Shown here: positions 9,701 through 16,840 of the stretch, piece by piece | Numbering within the stretch: the stretch's first letter is position 1 | Layout of the letters: every line of letters starts with the position of its first letter | NCBI GenBank assembly: GCA_964354495.1 | Contig: CAYHAA010000004.1 | Coordinates: forward strand, 1-32,000 | Origin: an uncultured archaeon | GTDB taxonomy: Archaea > Asgardarchaeota > Thorarchaeia > Thorarchaeales > Thorarchaeaceae | Reading direction: 5' to 3' | Length of the DNA: 32,000 bases | The notes under the pieces: model-generated | What the model saw: only the letters and a program-made list of their open reading frames with translations | Told to the model about the DNA's origin: nothing | Database searches by the model: none | Position numbers and translations under genes: made by a program

Positions 9701-10574
9701 ACTCCGTGGTCTCTGGAACAGGCTCTTCGATGGGCTCCGTTACCTCCTCGGAAGCGACTTCGGAAGCAGGCGAGAGGGTCTCCTCGACCTCAGATGGCAC
9801 GCTCGCAGTCTTCTGCTTGTGCTCACTCTCGGACTCCTCTGTGCAGTCCTCTAGACCAACATCCTCTTCCCTCGATGACTTCGCTCGACCCTCGGTGGCC
9901 TCTGAGGGAACCACGGTCTCTCCAGGCTCTTCGACCTCCGCATGTTCCGGGCGGGTGATGGAGTTCCTGACCTTCACCGACTCGTCGGATTCAACCACTT
10001 CAGATGTAGCCTCAGGGATCTGTGGAGCCTCTCGATGCTCCTCTTCTTCCACTTCCTCGGTTTCAGCCTCGACCTCGCTCTGCGCATGACCCTCAGATGG
10101 ACCACCGGTCTCGACCACATAGACTGTACCGTCACCGCCCTCGATATACGACGGAGTGGACTCTTCGGTCTCTGAGGTCTCTCCATCGCGGTCAGGCTCT
10201 GAGGACTCATCCTTGGTTTCCTTGAGAGAGGGACCGTCCAGCTGGCTCTCCATGTCATTGATGAAGTCCTCATGAAGCTCCTCTCGGGCATGATCAAGTG
10301 CATCCCCGAGCTCATCCTCGACCTCTCGCAGCTCCTCGGACGCCTCTCGCGCAATCTCCTGGGATCTGTCCTGCTGGGACTCGAACTCTTCAAGTTCCTC
10401 GAGGGATTCCTTCACTATCTTTTCGACGGACTCCTTGTGCTCCAGCTCCCGGAAGACCCCATCAAGGACTTCCCTGATCCGTTCAGACCGTTCCTCCTTC
10501 TCGAGGATTTCGTCGCGCTCCCTGTTCTCACGAGGTGTCCATCGCCTGCGATGTTCGGAGAACTCAGAAGGCAA
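6768..10574 (-). CDS. 1268-aa protein: acidic low-complexity N-terminus, tandem HTH-like repeats, two-motif LAGLIDADG domain, C-terminal HTH-like segment
   Basis: LAGLIDADG motif 1 YLLGAIISDG (~7500-7535) and motif 2 ILQGVADGDG (~7150-7185); 216-aa internal duplication (8939-8385 vs 8291-7745); TTG start 4 nt after the upstream stop. Confidence 0.85.
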   Translation of the reverse strand: MPSEFSEHRRRWTPRENRERDEILEKEERSERIREVLDGVFRELEHKESVEKIVKESLEELEEFESQQDRSQEIAREASEELREVEDELGDALDHAREELHEDFINDMESQLDGPSLKETKDESSEPDRDGETSETEESTPSYIEGGDGTVYVVETGGPSEGHAQSEVEAETEEVEEEEHREAPQIPEATSEVVESDESVKVRNSITRPEHAEVEEPGETVVPSEATEGRAKSSREEDVGLEDCTEESESEHKQKTASVPSEVEETLSPASEVASEEVTEPIEEPVPETTESVPEESEDAVEQDSAEVEETSDSGMEVGPEESGEVSDAGEAGEESVEVPEEIIRRVEELLEELDVLEEQEVNEPRVIIDAMTGERHIDHSLEPRPYFPETEEDREREEEERTRERLRELFARLTEEERERFKESVRREVESEEELEALVRRWRSRVVSPDFRQNLEDARQYVRSKKKGEVPRLIRELRALEVERAWASVVGEAARRSLERGLAGVVRSPVAQQQRVKKKRKTGYHRGREYTLRLHRPMCGKRPAGSFESYKKWLERYYPGVSVRSDYPALLEQLRKFFELRDALRGRTAVRQFEVDTIGARLGLKKSTAREWVLYGHVPHLFKIVGSSMSAREARRLLNEIVKRAGGIRTWSELELWLKLLYPDGAYTRIAQYRSKEARVREFFAFLGELERGGAQKDIARRSGISKRRVRAFTAGEVPWLIRHVLAQTGKLAPTERYTSHRGSTYRVKIRPLVLRSKVIDSYSEFKKVVDSDFPWLKERSDYQRLLHVVRVYFLARRKFGAQKHVTRKEIVDFAARHDVSQQTVNQWLVGISLPMVIDMLERALSVTEAKRELKAIHQKLNGIVSLTEYRKRMRTFYLLGALKLLPSHKKDHVRAKEFFQFLKALEKGGLYTDIIKRGRLNMANAKRRRLEHIFPRLVGVASSIPRVPPQSGNRWVALKVKNGKQHGFIQVPLVISDISDIKYVLDQLVPLKGRKMKDWTKRFGAIPRIIAFMYLLGAIISDGFFVRRNGISTTVGISLSANYSWSETFGEAFCYCLGILGFRAWRNKNRVRKNKAGKDIETMNWLSSASPFLLWIRSTLLGLRMDAAKEDQSIRAEWVLKIPHEMILPILQGVADGDGYASVRNMTAGIGTKHNKKFFQSLLSLLGIDSVDGGTGIVISKKESLRMAAELPLFKYAADRFFRLRELIMMIASMKHTKVSKEEKKRILEYHRQGIKVNQIGPLLWVDFGRARRSSTIQKVINDADS

Positions 10575-10578
10575 TCCC

Positions 10579-11367
10579 CTACCCCCGCCCTATCATCTTT
10601 GACTGGACTTCAATGAAGATCTTCCTCCAGACGACATCGTCTTCTGGAATTCCATGGGCGGTCCGGGCATAGTGAAGGAGAGAACCAGAGACCTCGGTAA
10701 GGGCGCAGTCCGGGCTCGCGATCTTTCTCGAGAAGATCTCGACCAGACGTAGGAGGGGACCAACATCGCCAGTCACGGCCTTCTCCATGCGCTCCAAGTA
10801 CTTCGCTGCGAACTCTTCTGTTCTGACGACACTATCGATTGTCCTAGAGAAACGGCTTTCGGGATTGAAGGGGATGGCGGCGGCAGCGAGGCTCCGTTGG
10901 GGGCGCTGCGTGAATTCTGCAATGCCTCGTTTCACAGCCTGTGAGATGAGAGCACCGGTCTTCACCTCGTCGACCCTGACTGATTTTGTTCTTCTGGCAC
11001 ACTCGATGTCCAATTGCCTGTGCAGGGTTTCGAGGTCAGACCTCAGGAAGCCCTTCTTGTCTGAGATCAGTCCTGCTAGGTCAGCGACAATCGAGCTCAC
11101 CACCTCCTTGGGCATGGGATTGCCATTGTGAGTATACGACCGGAGAAGACGGAGACAGCAGAGAGGGAGGGTTGTCTCGGTGTCTGTGGCAAGGCGAGCC
11201 ACCGCACGGATGATGAGAGCGACCAAGAGGGAGCTGCCGCTCCGAGTCACATCTGTGAGCACTTCTTGCATACCCCGAAAGGTATGATGCTCACCGATCA
11301 TGTGTGCTCGCACCATGCTCATGATATCCGGTTCTATTGACGGGACTGATCGGTCAGACATCGCCAT
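10579..11367 (-). CDS. Hypothetical alpha-helical protein, likely co-transcribed with the LAGLIDADG gene
   Basis: 262-codon ORF with protein-like composition ending 4 nt before the next start; no motif recognised. Confidence 0.7.
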   Translation of the reverse strand: MAMSDRSVPSIEPDIMSMVRAHMIGEHHTFRGMQEVLTDVTRSGSSLLVALIIRAVARLATDTETTLPLCCLRLLRSYTHNGNPMPKEVVSSIVADLAGLISDKKGFLRSDLETLHRQLDIECARRTKSVRVDEVKTGALISQAVKRGIAEFTQRPQRSLAAAAIPFNPESRFSRTIDSVVRTEEFAAKYLERMEKAVTGDVGPLLRLVEIFSRKIASPDCALTEVSGSLLHYARTAHGIPEDDVVWRKIFIEVQSKMIGRG

Positions 11368-11465
11368 GTCACAATGAACATTGCGTGCACATCAGACCTA
11401 ATCCTTTGTCAAAGCATTAGAAGTCCGTTATCATGCACGCACACGGAGGAAGAAGGCTTCTTCAT

Positions 11466-11504
11466 CTCTCGAGCGGCCAAACGAAGCCTATTCGCGCTCG
11501 AGAG
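11466..11504. repeat. 10-bp inverted repeat with 19-nt spacer
   Basis: CTCTCGAGCG ... CGCTCGAGAG, with an inner CGAA/TTCG stem. Confidence 0.6.
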
Positions 11505-11729
11505 CGATGTTCCAGTGTGCATGTTGACCTTCTGTTGTGTATCAGGGTACCATACTGCAAATACACCTGTACACTACTCTCATCTTACAAGAGGAGGCGC
11601 CCTCTTCGAAGGGGTGCGGTCTGAACACACCCGAATAGATGCCACTCTTAATGTACACGAAACCGAAACGATAGGACATTGGAAAGTTTAATATCAATGG
11701 ATGGCAATGCCGCATATTGAGGGTATCTC

Positions 11730-12230
11730 GTGGGCAATAATCAAGAAGGCAGATTCTTCTCTGCTCCAGTGATTGTCGTCTTTGTCTTGTTCCTTGTTGT
11801 GCTAATCAGTCCTGCAATAGTATCGTACCATGAGTCCTATCAGGTCTATACCTCGATCACATGGGTCATCAGATTTGAGGAGGGAGAGCCCCTCCAGGCC
11901 TATCTTACGCTCGACCAAGTCTTTGCCTTCCACAGATACCTCTTCAAATACATCTTCCTCTGGATGATCTATAGATACTATCGAAATCGGACAACTCTAG
12001 CACGGGCTCTTTCAGTCGGGATCATCTCTGAGGCCCAACTCTTTGTGTACAATAATCTTGGAACGATCATCAATGATCTGCTTATTCCCGGCGGTCGTAG
12101 CTACTATGACATTCCCCTCCCATTTGCTCTCATCTCATTTCTGATTCTCGCGGTTCTCATTCATCGACCACAATCGGAAACGAATCTACCAAGTGAGGAG
12201 TGGCTTGAGAGAAACAAGAGTCAAGAATGA
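11730..12230 (+). CDS. Hypothetical membrane protein (3-4 TM)
   Basis: GTG start, several hydrophobic segments, charged C-terminal tail. Confidence 0.7.
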   Translation: MGNNQEGRFFSAPVIVVFVLFLVVLISPAIVSYHESYQVYTSITWVIRFEEGEPLQAYLTLDQVFAFHRYLFKYIFLWMIYRYYRNRTTLARALSVGIISEAQLFVYNNLGTIINDLLIPGGRSYYDIPLPFALISFLILAVLIHRPQSETNLPSEEWLERNKSQE

Positions 12231-12424
12231 AACAGACCACTATGCGTCATAAGTGACTATTTGCAGAGGCTCCTAACATTCTGCCGTGTGCATCTTGTGT
12301 TCCCCGTTTTTACCTTCTCTGTGATTTTTAGTGTTTTTTCTCGTTCCTCGCTTCAACTGGAATGAGATGCGTCTTGGTATTTTAACTCATCCAAGACGGG
12401 TATCTGAATATTACGAAAAAGAAG

Positions 12425-12586
12425 TCACGGGGAATAGATATTCAGAGCAAGAGTCTTGCAGAGCTGCTCTGCCCGTGTAAGATCACCCTCTCGCATGCAG
12501 TCCATGACCTCGTCAAGTTCATTTCTGTCGAGTGACTTCCTGAACAGGTCTACATACAATGCCCTTTCCTCTGCATCCAGTGTCAC
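12425..12586 (-). CDS. Small 53-aa helical protein, below the ORF-track cutoff
   Basis: GTG overlaps the TGA of the upstream gene (GTGA overlap); translates to MTLDAEERALYVDLFRKSLDRNELDEVMDCMREGDLTRAEQLCKTLALNIYSP. Confidence 0.65.
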   Translation of the reverse strand: MTLDAEERALYVDLFRKSLDRNELDEVMDCMREGDLTRAEQLCKTLALNIYSP

Positions 12587-13317
12587 TGCCCTCGCCTTCC
12601 CGTTGTGCTGGCATTTGATACGTTCCCCTCGCGGAAGATGTTCAACCAGACCTTACTGACCATGGCGCCACTGCACCTGCAAGTCAAAGCAATATCCTTC
12701 TGCGCGACCTGTACTACATTCTGCGAGGGCTGCATCTGGATTGCGCCATAGACGGCAGCCGCAGCAAGGACATCCGGATCGTAGGATGCTCGTTGTGCAT
12801 CTGTTAGTGACCCGACCATCGAGATGGCCTCGGCCTGCACACTCACAAACCACTCGGCAGTCCGCGACGTTCTTTCCTCAAGGGCATTTTGAAGAGAGTC
12901 AATGATCTCCTTGACAAGGTCTGCTGGAACCTCGCTCGACATCCGGATACACCCGACCCGATGACTTTGAATCTTCACACGTCGGTCAAAGAGTACTCGG
13001 TAAGCCTCGTTGGTCGCGCAAGGGGTGATGCCAAGGCTCTTACAGAGGAATGGAGTCGTAACCTGGACCCGAGTTCTGCTTTCGAACACCAAAAAGGACT
13101 GATAGATCGCAGCTGCAGCTACAATCTCCGGTCTGCGCCTTGACACTTGAACATTCTTGAGACATGCAATGCTCTGTTGAGCATGCTCCTCAATTTCAGA
13201 CAGCCATTGGTCAAGTTGTCGACGCACCTCTTCCTTCATGCTACCTAAGAGGACTGACATCGATTGCGAAACCATATCCCTCTCGACTGCCATTCTCATG
13301 CTGGACATTGATGCCAA
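12583..13317 (-). CDS. TFIIB/TFB-like two-repeat cyclin-fold protein lacking the N-terminal zinc ribbon
   Basis: RRPEIVAAAAIY and YDPDVLAAAAVY match the two TFB cyclin-repeat helices; terminal QKDIALTCRCSGAMVSKVW resembles the TFB C-terminal HTH; no CxxC ribbon; start uncertain. Confidence 0.7.
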   Translation of the reverse strand: MASMSSMRMAVERDMVSQSMSVLLGSMKEEVRRQLDQWLSEIEEHAQQSIACLKNVQVSRRRPEIVAAAAIYQSFLVFESRTRVQVTTPFLCKSLGITPCATNEAYRVLFDRRVKIQSHRVGCIRMSSEVPADLVKEIIDSLQNALEERTSRTAEWFVSVQAEAISMVGSLTDAQRASYDPDVLAAAAVYGAIQMQPSQNVVQVAQKDIALTCRCSGAMVSKVWLNIFREGNVSNASTTGRRGQ

Positions 13318-13442
13318 TTGTGCTCTACTCCACGAACATCTTATGCACGATACTAGTTAGTTGTTTACTTCATGCACGATACGGCGTACTTAGGCTATAA
13401 TTGACAATTAAAGAGCAATGATTTCTATAGGCATCCAATTCG

Positions 13443-13467
13443 AGTGTCATTGAACTTTAATGACACT
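13443..13467. promoter_or_regulatory. 9-7-9 inverted repeat in a divergent intergenic region
   Basis: AGTGTCATT gaacttt AATGACACT. Confidence 0.5.
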
Positions 13468-13882
13468 GAAAGAAAATATGAGCCAAGATTGCTCTTGACA
13501 CGAGTACCAAAGTGCAATCCAAAGGTAGTGAAGTCCGGAGTTCAACCTTTTTTTCTATCTTCTGTCTTCAATCTGCTTCATCGTTCAAATTCATCCCTGC
13601 TTCCCGTATGGATTGTCTTGGGTCTTGTCACGAAACCTTGTTCTGCTCAGAGAGTAGTCGGAATTCCATCGGGTCTGGGTCCTGGAAATGCAGCTCCATG
13701 ATTGGCTTCAAATCAGTAGAGGATAGTTGCAGCCGCCCTTTGCTGGTTCGAGGATACGACATCTATCATGTCAGTGTTAAGAGAGGTTGAAACCAACTTT
13801 CAGAAGGCACGCCAAACAAATCAATCCATCCGCAATTGCAATATATGTAGATGCTTGCACACTGAACGCCAAGGTGCTGCAA

Positions 13883-14443
13883 TTGAACAAATACTGCGCT
13901 ATCTGTCTGTGGCTAGCAATAGTACTTGTTGGAGCGTTCGGACTTGTCTATGGCTCACTCGGAGCACTTGCAGTCGGACTCACAGGTGCTATACCGGGTT
14001 CTGGACTTCCTCCATACTTGCCTCTTGGTATTGGAGGTCTTCTGTTTCTACTCGGACTGTATATGCTAGTAGCAACCCTTAGAAAAGACTCATTGATGAA
14101 ACGAATCATCGGCGTTGCAAGTTCATATGAAAAGATCACAATTGATGATATCAGTAGACAGTCTGGCGTCAAGATTCCCAGAGTTCGACCTCTGCTTTTT
14201 GAGGCTATTTCAGAGGGCAAGATAGAGGGAACTGTCAAAGAGAATATGTTCGTGAGAGAAAAGGCAATGCCAGGCGAAACTGTGAGAGTCGAACGAGAGG
14301 TTATGATCACTCGAAAAGCCCCAGATGCATGTTTCAGATGCGGAGCCTCACTGAATCCGAAGGAAGTAGAGTGGGTAGGTCCAGACCAGGTTCGATGTCC
14401 GCACTGCGGTGCAACAATGGCCGTTGAAACTGAGCGTGTTTAG
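13883..14443 (+). CDS. Membrane protein: 2 TM + PCI-like winged helix + C4 zinc ribbon
   Basis: TTG start with AGGTG SD upstream (track start 13787 likely too long); YEKITIDDISRQSGV...AISEGKIEGTV; CFRC...CPHC. Confidence 0.75.
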   Translation: MNKYCAICLWLAIVLVGAFGLVYGSLGALAVGLTGAIPGSGLPPYLPLGIGGLLFLLGLYMLVATLRKDSLMKRIIGVASSYEKITIDDISRQSGVKIPRVRPLLFEAISEGKIEGTVKENMFVREKAMPGETVRVEREVMITRKAPDACFRCGASLNPKEVEWVGPDQVRCPHCGATMAVETERV

Positions 14444-14445
14444 TT

Positions 14446-14477
14446 GATGGAGGGAAGTCAGGACTTCCCTCACCATC
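14446..14477 (+). terminator. Strong hairpin immediately after the stop codon
   Basis: GAGGGAAGTC ag GACTTCCCTC, extendable by GATG/CATC. Confidence 0.45.
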
Positions 14478-14755
14478 TATTCCCTTCGAGAGTGTGTTCT
14501 CTCCTCTTGATTATAGATGAAGCATATGCTCATAGATTGACATTGCTCTACGCTATCTGGAAAAAAAAGAGTCTGTTCTTGGAGTTGCAAGATGCTGCAA
14601 GCCATGTACGAAACTTGCTGTGGAATTGGCAGTCGACACGACTCGGTGAGGTCAGTGTTTGTGTCGTGTCAACCCCAAGGTTTTATTCCAAGACACGACA
14701 TGTAGGTACCTGTCCAGCACCGCCAGATTTCACGGAAACGATGAGTACCTGCAGT

Positions 14756-14887
14756 CTTCTGAAATGGATAAGAAGAGGATTGGACCAAGTCCTGCTTCAT
14801 CATTGGAGAGCTATGTCATGACTCATGACCTTATCGTTGTCGGTGGAGGACCGCCTGGCGCCGCATGTGCGAGAAGAGCAGCACAGC
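14756..14887 (+). pseudogene. Remnant 5' copy (upstream region + first ~23 codons) of the geranylgeranyl reductase gene
   Basis: Gap-free match to 16779-16910, 106/132 identical; encodes MTHDLIVVGGGPPGAACARRAAQ, then diverges and stops at 14925. Confidence 0.85.
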
Positions 14888-15085
14888 AAGCAACTAAAAC
14901 CTGCAGATGCCCGGCTCAAGACTGAAGAGGAATAGAGAACTCACTTCAATCATCGTGCATGACAGCCTGCTTTCTTCTTCTGAAACAGACACTCCTTCAG
15001 AAAGATTCACTTTCCTGTTGCGTTGAAACTTGGTCTTATATTAGCTAATACTGCTGTTGGTTTCGAGTGAGGAGGAAATTCAGGT

Positions 15086-16654
15086 TTGAAGTCAGCTGGA
15101 GAAGTAGCAACTCTGATACTATTCACTTACATCCTGGTTAGCATTCCATTGAATTCAACCTTCAATGTAGCAGCATTTGTGATGAATTCGACACATTCTG
15201 AGAGTCCTTCGTCCATATCCATTGAATTCATGACATATTTAGGCGGAGATGGCGAGGACTGGTTAGCTGATGTCTGCTTTGACAGCCAGGGGAATGTGTG
15301 GGTTCTGGGATATACTGAGTCTGTAGACCTTCCTCTTGTTCAGGCGATTCAAGAGTCTTATGGAGGGGCAGGTGATGCAATAATTGCCAAGTTCTCATCG
15401 CAGTATGGTCTTGAGTTCTGTACCTACTTTGGAGGAGATGGTGTAGACTATGCAATGGCGGTTGAGATAGATAATAATGGTGATATTGTTGTTGTTGGAC
15501 ACACCGAGTCATCTGATTTCCCAGTGCTTAATGAAATTCAGTCAAACCTCAATGGCACAAGCGATGCCTTCATTTCGAAATTCGCTCCAAATGGATCCCT
15601 TCTTTTCTCCACATATTTCGGTGGTTCAGGAACAGAGAATGTTGAAGCATTGTGTTTCGACAGTGCAGGCAATTATATACTAGCCGGAGCAACAGGGTCG
15701 ACAGATCTGCCAGTTACCGAAGGTGTGATTCAGAACACCTACGGCGGAGGGCTGACCGATGCAATGCTGGTGTCCTTTGCGTCTGATGGACAGTCAATCG
15801 GATTTTGTTCTTTCTTTGGAGGAAATGGTGATGATTATGCAATCGGCATGGTGCTTGATACAGTGGGCAATATTCACATCACGGGTATAGTGAGTGATAA
15901 TGATACCGTTTCAGTGAATGCCTTCCAGAAGGAGTATGGAGGAGGGTTGTCTGATGCATTTGTAGCCAAACTGAATTCAAACTGTGATTCCCTGATCTGG
16001 TGCTCGCTACTGGGCGGAAATGGATGGGAATTCGCAGGCAAAATCAACCTCGACTCGGAGGGCAGTATCATCATTTCTGGATACACAGGTTCCACTGATT
16101 TTCCCCTTATGAACGAGCTCATGGGAAATAAAGGTGGCAATGATGCGTTCTTATGCAAATTGACAGATAATGGAACCAATATTCTATTTAGTTCCTACAT
16201 CGGAGGAGGGATGGAAGATCGTAGCTACGGGCTTGGAGTGTTTCCTGATGACTCTGTGGTTCTCTTATGTCAGGCGCACTCAGCGGACTTCCCGGTGACA
16301 AATCCCTTGCAGGCTGAGAATAAAGGGAGTGTTGATGGATATCTACTAATTCTCAATGCTAATGATGAGATGGTCTTTGGATCGTATTTTGGAGGAAGTC
16401 TGGGCGATTATCCAGTGGGTCTTGATGTAATGGGGAACTCTACAGTTGTATTCACTGGTTACTCATCATCCAGTGACCTTCCCTTGGTAAAACCTACTCA
16501 GTCCATCAAGGCGGAAGACACAGATGGTTTTCTCTGCATCATCATACGCACAGACACTTCAACAATTGCTGATTCCATGATTTTGATAATCATTGGCATG
16601 GTGGTCGTCGCTGCAATCGTGGCAGTTATCGCTGTTATACAGAGAAGGAAATAG
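15086..16654 (+). CDS. Cell-surface seven-bladed beta-propeller (SBBP-type repeats) with C-terminal TM anchor
   Basis: Seven TY[LF]GG.G.D...D..G....GxT.S.D[FL]P repeats; N-terminal signal; C-terminal TM followed by QRRK; GAGGAGG SD before TTG. Confidence 0.88.
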   Translation: MKSAGEVATLILFTYILVSIPLNSTFNVAAFVMNSTHSESPSSISIEFMTYLGGDGEDWLADVCFDSQGNVWVLGYTESVDLPLVQAIQESYGGAGDAIIAKFSSQYGLEFCTYFGGDGVDYAMAVEIDNNGDIVVVGHTESSDFPVLNEIQSNLNGTSDAFISKFAPNGSLLFSTYFGGSGTENVEALCFDSAGNYILAGATGSTDLPVTEGVIQNTYGGGLTDAMLVSFASDGQSIGFCSFFGGNGDDYAIGMVLDTVGNIHITGIVSDNDTVSVNAFQKEYGGGLSDAFVAKLNSNCDSLIWCSLLGGNGWEFAGKINLDSEGSIIISGYTGSTDFPLMNELMGNKGGNDAFLCKLTDNGTNILFSSYIGGGMEDRSYGLGVFPDDSVVLLCQAHSADFPVTNPLQAENKGSVDGYLLILNANDEMVFGSYFGGSLGDYPVGLDVMGNSTVVFTGYSSSSDLPLVKPTQSIKAEDTDGFLCIIIRTDTSTIADSMILIIIGMVVVAAIVAVIAVIQRRK

Positions 16655-16840
16655 AATTCCAAATGATTGAAATGAAGCAACTTCTGGTCGACTGGCTTTA
16701 ATTAGCAATCTTCACTCGAAATGCAATGATTCTTCCACAATCAATGGGGTCTGACTCTCAACGCTAACATTCCACTTGCTTCTGAAATGGATAAAAGGAG
16801 GATTGAACCAAGTTTCGAATCGCTATTGGAGAGAGCTGCA

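Noticed and set aside
9307-10393. Long Ser-rich plus-strand ORFs
   Set aside because: Antisense shadows of the Glu-rich, GC-rich region of the 1268-aa gene
13524-13547. tRNA-like GGTAGTGAAGTCCGG...GTTCAA string
   Set aside because: No acceptor stem or cloverleaf can be built
13768-14082. Possible frameshifted gene pair (13768 and 13787 ORFs)
   Set aside because: A TTG start with SD at 13883 explains a single intact gene; the other frame has no protein-like features
14444-14925. ORFs 14444-14821 and 14659-14925 as real genes
   Set aside because: Only the tail matches the reductase remnant; the rest overlaps hairpins and lacks motifs
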